Positions 56,047 to 64,000 of a stretch of 64,000 nucleotides of DNA are shown piece by piece. Where the stretch lies: contig CAWHAE010000012.1 of the NCBI GenBank assembly GCA_963827235.1, positions 320,001 to 384,000 of the forward strand. Direction: 5' to 3'. The notes beneath the pieces are model-generated. The model was not told where the DNA came from. It saw only the letters and a program-made list of their open reading frames with translations, and made no database searches. Numbering within the stretch: position 1 is the first letter of the stretch; each line of letters starts with the position of its first letter. The DNA comes from an uncultured bacterium (GTDB lineage Bacteria; Chloroflexota; UBA5177; JANWHV01). The position numbers and the translations under genes were made by a program.

Positions 56047-58104
56047 TCATGCTTCGCCCAGATACTCCTTGATGGCCAGCGCCGTCTTCGGCCCGATGCC
56101 GGGCAGACGCGCTATGTCGTCCAGCTCCGCGGCACGAAGTGCCTTCACGCTGCCAAAATGCCGGATCAGGTCGCGCTTCCTTCGCGGCCCCACGCCGGGC
56201 ACACTGTCGAGACTGGATTCGAGGCTCCGTTTGCCTCGCAGCGCACGATGGTACGTTATCGCAAACCGGTGTGCCTCGTCTCGCACGCGCTGGACCAGGA
56301 AGAGCGCCTGCGACGACGGCGGCAGGAGCACCGGATCCGGCTTGCCCGGCAGGAACAGCTCCTCCCGCTGCTTGGCCAGGCCGACGACGGGCTGGTCTAC
56401 GATGCCGAGCTCGGCAAACACGCCCAGCACGGCGTTGAGCTGCCCTTTACCGCCGTCGATAATCATCAGGTCCGGCCGCCGTGCCCACTCGCTGTCGGCC
56501 GCCGCCGGCACCTCCTCGCCGGCCGCGGTCACGGCCGCCTCCTCATCGCGCTCCGGCCCCGGGTGCTCCGCCTTGTCAGCTCGCTTCAGTCGCCGCCGCA
56601 GCATTTCCGCCAGGCTGGAGAAGTCGTCCGCTCCTTCGACCGTCTTGATGCGGAAGCGGCGATAGGCGGCGCTCTTGGGCTTTCCGTTCTCGAAGACGAC
56701 CATCGAGCCGACCGTCGAGGTGCCCTGAATGTTGGAGATATCGTAGCACTCGATCCGGATCGGCAAGCGCGGCAGGGTGAGAGCTGCCTGAAGCTCGTCG
56801 AGCGCCTGCAGGGCCTTGCGGGCATCGGTCAGGGCCCTGAGCTTGCGATCCTCGGCTGCCTTGCGCGCGTTCTCCTGCGCTACGGCCACGAGATCCACCT
56901 TGTCGCCGCGCCGCGGCACTGTTACCAACACCTTTCGGCCCCGCTGGCTGGTCAGAAGGCCCGCGAGCTGGTCGAGATCGTCGGGTTCCGCCGGCAGCAG
57001 CAGCTCCTCCGGGAGCTCCGTTGCCGCGAGATAGTATTGGCCGATGAACGCAGCGAGGACCGCGCCGTCTTCCTGGTCGGCCGTGCCCTGCATGACGAAC
57101 TGCTTGTGCCCCAACATGCGGCCCTGGCGAACGGCGATGAGCTCGACGCAGGCCTCGTCCTCCGCGCGCGCCATGCCCACGATGTCCTGGTCGTGGCCGT
57201 CGTGCACGGTGACCCGCTGGCGCTCGGTGACGCGCTGCACGGCCTCTAGTTGGTCGCGCAGGCGCGCCGCGCGCTCGAAGTCGAGCGCCTCGGCAGCCTC
57301 ATTCATTGCATCCTTCAGCTGGGATGCGACCTGCTCGCTCTTGCCCTGCAGGAAGAGCTCAGCCTGATCGATGATCTTGGCGTAATCGCTCCCGCTTACG
57401 GCGTCGGTGCAGGGAGCCGTGCAGCGATGGATGTGATACTCCAGGCAAGCGCGATTCTGAGGCCCGGCGATGGTCAGCGCGCGCACCTGGGGTGGGCCGT
57501 TCTCTGCCATGACTCGGCGTCTGCCGCGGCGACGGAGCGTGGGATCGGGCGGCGCGATGGGCTGTGCCCCGTCCGACGACTGCGGTGGCTGGATGTTGAG
57601 CCGGCATGAGCGGTAGGGAAACAGCCGTTTCAACAGATCCAGGGTCGTGTGCACGGACTGGGCGCTCGTGTACGGGCCGAAATAGCGCGAGCCATCATCC
57701 GACCTGTGCCGCACCGCCTCGATTCTCGGGTACGGTTCGTTGGTGATGCGGATGGACAGGAAGCTCTTGTCGTCGCGCATGATGATGTTGTATTTCGGCC
57801 GGTACTGCTTGATCAGGTTGAATTCCACGAGCAGGGCCGCGTTCTCGCTGGGCAAGATCTGGTAGTCGATCTCGGCGATACGCGGCACGAGGTGCGAATT
57901 CTTCAAGCTCAAACCGTGCGGAGACCGGAAATACGAGCGCACGCGATCGCGCAGCGAGCGGGCCTTGCCCACGTACAGCACCGTGCCCTGGTCATCTCTG
58001 AACAGGTAGCACCCCGGTTGGGCCGGCAGCTTGGCCAGCGTGTCTTCCACTGCCGCCGGATAGCGGCCTTGATGGCTCCCCGTCTCCCCGTCGTTGTCGC
58101 TCAT
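56047..58104 (-). CDS. uvrC: Excinuclease ABC subunit C
   Basis: GIY-YIG-like PGCYLF..LYVGKA..LR.RV.SYF, Cys cluster, FERAA.LRD, IECYDISN, DGGKGQL, RDEAHRFA, HhH. Confidence 0.96.
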   Translation of the reverse strand: MSDNDGETGSHQGRYPAAVEDTLAKLPAQPGCYLFRDDQGTVLYVGKARSLRDRVRSYFRSPHGLSLKNSHLVPRIAEIDYQILPSENAALLVEFNLIKQYRPKYNIIMRDDKSFLSIRITNEPYPRIEAVRHRSDDGSRYFGPYTSAQSVHTTLDLLKRLFPYRSCRLNIQPPQSSDGAQPIAPPDPTLRRRGRRRVMAENGPPQVRALTIAGPQNRACLEYHIHRCTAPCTDAVSGSDYAKIIDQAELFLQGKSEQVASQLKDAMNEAAEALDFERAARLRDQLEAVQRVTERQRVTVHDGHDQDIVGMARAEDEACVELIAVRQGRMLGHKQFVMQGTADQEDGAVLAAFIGQYYLAATELPEELLLPAEPDDLDQLAGLLTSQRGRKVLVTVPRRGDKVDLVAVAQENARKAAEDRKLRALTDARKALQALDELQAALTLPRLPIRIECYDISNIQGTSTVGSMVVFENGKPKSAAYRRFRIKTVEGADDFSSLAEMLRRRLKRADKAEHPGPERDEEAAVTAAGEEVPAAADSEWARRPDLMIIDGGKGQLNAVLGVFAELGIVDQPVVGLAKQREELFLPGKPDPVLLPPSSQALFLVQRVRDEAHRFAITYHRALRGKRSLESSLDSVPGVGPRRKRDLIRHFGSVKALRAAELDDIARLPGIGPKTALAIKEYLGEA

Positions 58105-58247
58105 ACGTCCGTCAAATCATCGCACATGAATCATCCCGCTTCCGGGCATTGGGCCGACATGACATAACGCCCGGGTGTGCTTACTATGATTATGCAGGTG
58201 CCCGGACTACCGTACTACACAACCTCCCGGTCGGACCGTGCTTGCGG

Positions 58248-58338
58248 TCCGCGATCCAGGGCTTGTCCCCGGCACTCCCGGGGCCACGGCCGCCTCGACT
58301 GCCTCCGCTCGTGCCGAGCATGCCTCGCGTCGCCGCGC
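58248..58338 (+). repeat. Dispersed repeat family A, degenerate copy
   Basis: tccgcgatccagggcttg...gactgcctccgctcgtgccgagcatgcctcgcgtcgccgcg aligns without gaps to the core of copy 2. Confidence 0.55.
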
Positions 58339-58537
58339 TACCGGGACACCGGTGCCTCATGGTGCGGTACACCGTCCAGGCGAGCACGGAGGCGCCCGGC
58401 ACCGTCCAGAGTCGTAGCCCTGTGCCTGCCGGTGGGAGGGCGATCCGCGTTCGCGCGCCCGGCCGCACGCGCACAGATCCGGCCCGCTCCCACCAGCCCG
58501 GCAAGAAACCCACTGTACCGCCGGCACCGTGCGCGGT

Positions 58538-59305
58538 TTACCAGAGCGTGTAGCCGCCGTCGATCACGAGCACCGAGCCGGTCATGAACTTCGAGGCGTC
58601 GGACGCTAGGTAAACCAGCGTCGGCCCGAGCTCCTCCGGGTAGCCGTAGCGCAGCATCGCCGCGTCCTCGATCCAGTATCGGTGGTACTGCGGATCGTCG
58701 ACTGGAGACATCAAGGTCTTGATGTAACCCGGTGCGATCGCGTTGACCCGCACGTTGAACGGCGCCCACTCGGCGGCGAGCGACCGCGTCAGGTGATGGA
58801 CTGCCGCCTTCGAGGCATTGTAGCCCGGCTGCATCTGCGGGCGGTTGACGATGACGGCGGATATGGAGCCGATGTTGATGATCACCCCCGTCTTCCGCTC
58901 CACCATCTGGCGGCCCACCGCCTGCGCGCAATGCCACACGCCGTTGACGTTCACGTCCATCACACTCTGCCACTCCTCTGGAGTGACCTCGAGCGCCGGC
59001 CGGTGGTAACAGACCCCGGCGTTGTTGACCAGGATATCGATGGGCCCGAGCCGATCGGTCACCTGCGACACCATCCCGGCGACTTCGTCGGGCTTGGTCA
59101 CGTCGACTTCGAACGCGGCCGCCTTGCCGCCCGCACCTTCGATGTCGCGCGCCACGGCGTCGCTCTTGGCACGGGTCCTCGCGGCGATGGCCACCCGCGC
59201 GCCTGCTTCGGACAGGGCGTGGGCGAACGCTTCGCCAAGCCCCATGTTTCCCCCGGTTACCACTGCAACCTTGCCGCTGAGATCAAAGGCCTGCAATACG
59301 CCCAC
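58538..59305 (-). CDS. SDR oxidoreductase (sugar/polyol dehydrogenase-like)
   Basis: TGGNMGLG, NNAG, IGSIS, YNASK, NAIAPGY, IDGGY; GGAGGGAGAGG before GTG 59305. Confidence 0.9.
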   Translation of the reverse strand: MGVLQAFDLSGKVAVVTGGNMGLGEAFAHALSEAGARVAIAARTRAKSDAVARDIEGAGGKAAAFEVDVTKPDEVAGMVSQVTDRLGPIDILVNNAGVCYHRPALEVTPEEWQSVMDVNVNGVWHCAQAVGRQMVERKTGVIINIGSISAVIVNRPQMQPGYNASKAAVHHLTRSLAAEWAPFNVRVNAIAPGYIKTLMSPVDDPQYHRYWIEDAAMLRYGYPEELGPTLVYLASDASKFMTGSVLVIDGGYTLW

Positions 59306-59504
59306 GATACCTCTCCCTCCAGGTTGAGCCACGACTACGGCCATCAAGGACCCAGGGCGACGTTCTCGCGTGTGGGCCGCCGGCAGGCGGCTCATAGCCA
59401 GAATCGGTGTCGCCGCGGATAATCTGATTGTAAGCAGTCGGTATACCCAGTAGCAGGCTGCGATGGGGCAGCCGGTCCGGAAATCGGACGAGAGATTGGC
59501 GCAG

Positions 59505-60761
59505 ATGACACAGTCAGAGAAGCCGAACCCATTTGCCATTGCGCGCGAGCAGTTCTTCGCGGCCGCGGATCTGCTCCACCTGAACGATGGTTACCGGCAG
59601 ATGCTGAGCGACTGCCACCGCGAGCTCACCGTCCACTTTCCCGTGCACATGGACGACGGCAGCGTTCGCGTGTTCACCGGCTACCGCGTGCAGCACGATG
59701 TCACACGAGGGCCTGCGAAAGGGGGTATCCGGTTTCATGCCGACGTCACTCTCGACGAGGTGAAAGCGCTGGCCATGTGGATGACCTGGAAGTGCGCCGT
59801 GGCAGACATCCCGTTCGGCGGGGCCAAGGGCGGAGTCATCTGCACGCCGCAAGAGCTCAGCGCGCGGGAGCTCGAGCGGCTGACCCGGCGCTTTACGACC
59901 GAGATCTCCGTCATCATCGGCCCCCAGATGGACATCCCGGCGCCTGATGTCAACACGAACTCCCAGGTCATGGGCTGGGTGATGGATACGATCAGCATGC
60001 AGACCGGTTACGCGGTGCCGCCCGTGGTCACCGGGAAGCCGCTCTCCATCGGCGGCTCCGAGGGCCGCAGCGAGGCGACCGGTCGCGGCGTGATGATCGT
60101 GACCACCGAGGCTCTGCGCCACGCCGGCATCGCGCCATCCGAGGCCACCGTGGTCGTTCAGGGCTTCGGCAACGTCGGCTCGAACGCTGCGCTCTGCCTC
60201 GCGGAAGCGGGCTGCAAGATCGTGGCGATCAGCGACGTGCGCGGCGGTGTTTACAATCCGGCCGGCATCGACCTCGCCGCGGCCACCGCGCATATGGCAG
60301 GGGAGCGCACGATCGTGAACATGCCGGGCGTCGAGCGGGTCTCCAATGCCGAGCTGCTGACCCTGCCTTGCACGGTGCTCGTGCCGGCCGCCCTCGAGAA
60401 CCAGATCACGTCAGCCAATGCGGACAAGATCGGCGCCAGGATCGTGACCGAGGGCGCCAACGGTCCCACCACGCCCGAAGCCGACCGCATCCTCAGGGAG
60501 AGGGGAATCCTTCTCATTCCCGACATTCTCGCCAACGCGGGCGGAGTAACGGTCTCCTACTTCGAATGGGTGCAGGGCCTGCAGTCCTTTCTCTGGAAAG
60601 AGCGTGAGGTCAACGAGAAGCTGCGCACCGTGATGGTGCGCGCCTTTGACGAGGTGCGAGCCAAAGCGAGCGAGGCCGGTACGGATATGCGCATGGGCGC
60701 TTACGTCCTGGCGGTAGCGCGCGTCGTGCAGGCACTGGAGGCGCGGGGTATCTACCCCTGA
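59505..60761 (+). CDS. gdhA: Glutamate dehydrogenase (Glu/Leu/Phe/Val DH family)
   Basis: RGPAKGGIRF, MTWKCA, GGAKGG, DIPAPDV, TGKP...GGS.GR, QGFGNVG, EGANGP, NAGGV.VSYFEWVQ. Confidence 0.93.
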   Translation: MTQSEKPNPFAIAREQFFAAADLLHLNDGYRQMLSDCHRELTVHFPVHMDDGSVRVFTGYRVQHDVTRGPAKGGIRFHADVTLDEVKALAMWMTWKCAVADIPFGGAKGGVICTPQELSARELERLTRRFTTEISVIIGPQMDIPAPDVNTNSQVMGWVMDTISMQTGYAVPPVVTGKPLSIGGSEGRSEATGRGVMIVTTEALRHAGIAPSEATVVVQGFGNVGSNAALCLAEAGCKIVAISDVRGGVYNPAGIDLAAATAHMAGERTIVNMPGVERVSNAELLTLPCTVLVPAALENQITSANADKIGARIVTEGANGPTTPEADRILRERGILLIPDILANAGGVTVSYFEWVQGLQSFLWKEREVNEKLRTVMVRAFDEVRAKASEAGTDMRMGAYVLAVARVVQALEARGIYP

Positions 60762-60777
60762 GATCCTTGTAGTCAAG

Positions 60778-60969
60778 CCGAGGTGGAGCCTGCATGGGCG
60801 GAGTGAGCTCCGCGCTTGGTGGGCCTTGAGGCCCCACGACGAATCGTGAGGCATCGTATCCGCGCGCTGCCAATCTGGTTCCCCGGCTGGCTTACGGCTA
60901 TAGCTCTTCAGGTAAACAACCCCACACCTGTGGGGAATTCTACTCTGGTGCTGCCAGTCCGAAACTCGG
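60778..60969 (-). ncRNA. Putative ~190-nt structured RNA, most like 6S RNA
   Basis: -10-like GATAAT (minus strand 60979-60974) just upstream; 5' ccgag..gga pairs with 3' tcc..ctcgg; internal cctgaa..gggaacc and ggcccacc..gagctca segments recall 6S central elements; lies between convergent genes. Confidence 0.45.
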
Positions 60970-61089
60970 AATCATTATCTGACGACCTATAGACGTCGCC
61001 GGGCGGCTGCGGGTGAGGTCTGGCGCGTCAGACGCCCGCAGCCGCCGTGGTTGTGTCAGTCCGGCCGTGCCGGATCTGCAGCCTGGTTG

Positions 61090-62535
<1,446 letters not shown>

Positions 62536-62824
62536 TCATAAAGTCTATCGATTTGGCGACATTGCGTAGGAGCGTGCCGGACCGTGCACCGGTTCGCTCC
62601 GGCCCTGCGCGTACTCAGTCCTGTCCGACCCTGGTCCGACTGCAGTGGTCGCCTGGGCACCTGCCCGCGTTCAGGGCTTGCCAGGATGCCTCGTAGGGAC
62701 GGTAGACCGGAAACCGCTGTGCCCGCCGGCCCGGTGGGCGCCCCGGCACGTATTCCTATCTATCGGCATACCGGCCCAGACTGTACGCTTGCTGTGGTGT
62801 GAGAGTTGAACGTCGGAGGCGGCA

Positions 62825-63721
62825 ATGAAGTCACAGGACGCTGCAAGCGATCTACCGGAACACGCGCGCGAACGTCTGCAGAGCATGCAGCCGAACAGCA
62901 CTGGCAAGCGTTTCTTCACCAGCGACCTGACGGTGAGCGAGTTTCTGCTGGTGAAGGAGGCGGGCTTCGAGCCTTTGGGACTCGTGGTCGGCACCAGTAT
63001 CTATCACATTGGCATGCAGATCGCCCGGCTGCAGGTCAACATGGAGATGGACGTGCTGACGCAAGCCATGTATCACGCTCGCGAGCTGGCAATGCAACGC
63101 ATGGAGGAAGAGGCGGACGTGCTGGGGGCGGACGGGATCGTCGGCGTGCGCTTGCTGGTAGGCCAGTATAGCTGGGCGGCGAACCTTGCCGAGTTCAAAG
63201 CGATCGGTACCGCGATCAAGTCGACCGATGGGGTCAGTCGTCGCACGCCGGCGGGCAAGCCCTTCACGTCCGATCTCTCGGGCCAGGACTTCTGGACCCT
63301 TCTACGCTCGGGATATGCGCCTCTTGCTCTGGTATTCGGCACCTGCGTGTACCACGTCGCGCATCAGAGCTTCCGGCAGTGGTTCCGAACCATGGGACGG
63401 AACGCCGAGATGCCCAACTTCACGCAAGCCCTGTACGATGCTCGCGAGCTGGCCATGGAGCGCATGCAGCGCGAGGCGATGCAAATCGGCGGCCAGGGCA
63501 TTGTGGGAGCCAACATTCACGAGAGCACTCACTCCTGGAACAGTCACGTCATCGAGTTTCTCGCCGTGGGCACCGCTATCGTCGCCACGTCGGAGGAGCA
63601 TCGGATTCAGACGCCGCAGATGACCATGTCTTTGAATGCCGATCATCATCCGCCGTCGGTCGTGCACAGCGCGCCCGTGCGCCCGGCCGGCGGGTCGTCG
63701 GACGGCGGCGCGGGCGTGTAG
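62825..63721 (+). CDS. Tandem YbjQ/UPF0145 (heavy-metal-binding-like) domain protein
   Basis: Two repeats of FTSDL...EF....G..PL.LV.G..YH..TQA.Y.ARELAM.RM..EA...G..GIVG..EF.A.GTAI. Confidence 0.85.
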   Translation: MKSQDAASDLPEHARERLQSMQPNSTGKRFFTSDLTVSEFLLVKEAGFEPLGLVVGTSIYHIGMQIARLQVNMEMDVLTQAMYHARELAMQRMEEEADVLGADGIVGVRLLVGQYSWAANLAEFKAIGTAIKSTDGVSRRTPAGKPFTSDLSGQDFWTLLRSGYAPLALVFGTCVYHVAHQSFRQWFRTMGRNAEMPNFTQALYDARELAMERMQREAMQIGGQGIVGANIHESTHSWNSHVIEFLAVGTAIVATSEEHRIQTPQMTMSLNADHHPPSVVHSAPVRPAGGSSDGGAGV

Positions 63722-63935
63722 TAGCCGTCGCCGGCTCCCGTCTCGGGGCTCCCGCGGTCCGGTTCGCGCACGCTTGCCTGCCGGGCCTGCTGTGGCGTAT
63801 GGTTCCCTCACCGACATTGGGGCGACGGGTCGCCTCGGCGCGACCGCCTGCGCCACCGGTGCACGTATCACCGCAACTGGGGCCGGCGGTACCGGTGTTG
63901 GGCGGCGACCATGGTCGCGGAAAGTGAGCACGGCG

Positions 63936-64000
63936 ATGGGGAGTCGATCGCGTGTGGCGCGGATTGCGCTCTTCCTGGCACTCGTCGCGGGCAGCTTGCC
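63936..64000 (+). CDS. Start of a probable exported protein (truncated by the window)
   Basis: MGSRSRVARIALFLALVAGSL.. looks like a signal peptide. Confidence 0.35.
   Translation, partial: MGSRSRVARIALFLALVAGSL

Noticed and set aside
58105-58250. LexA box upstream of uvrC
   Set aside because: No GAAC-N4-GTTC match seen.
60912-60940. CRISPR array from a type I-E-like repeat
   Set aside because: Only one copy, no second repeat about 61 bp either side, and no cas genes in the window.

Overview
This is a GC-rich bacterial chromosomal segment. Chloroflexota-like affinity is inferred from gene content and a GAAC-N4-GTTC LexA box, not proven. It mostly carries housekeeping, envelope and stress genes: M24 peptidase, nudC, a KdpD-like kinase, a GT4, a ManC-ManB fusion, psuK/psuG, korAB, two MFS transporters, NfeD/flotillin, sodA, an S8 protease, a class A PBP, two GT-C enzymes, uvrC, an SDR, gdhA and metY. 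The best non-obvious signals are: (1) an orphan parAB pair bracketed by three copies of a perfect non-canonical 16-bp palindrome (GTGCAGACGTCTGCAC), with a canonical-type parS about 9 kb away; (2) an uncharacterised 'TGPRT..GK..SS.NA..HGL' gene with a sigma70 promoter and a perfect LexA box, followed by two sets of tandem DNA repeats; (3) a giant (>989 aa) membrane-fusion protein built from 26-aa repeats that the ORF track missed; (4) a tandem dynamin-like pair, one with a PH-like N-terminus; (5) a dispersed ~100-bp intergenic repeat family; (6) a probable 6S-like ncRNA; (7) an unannotated 53-aa CxxC..CxxC ORF. Three apparent +1 frameshifts may be assembly errors. All calls are by eye; no searches were run.
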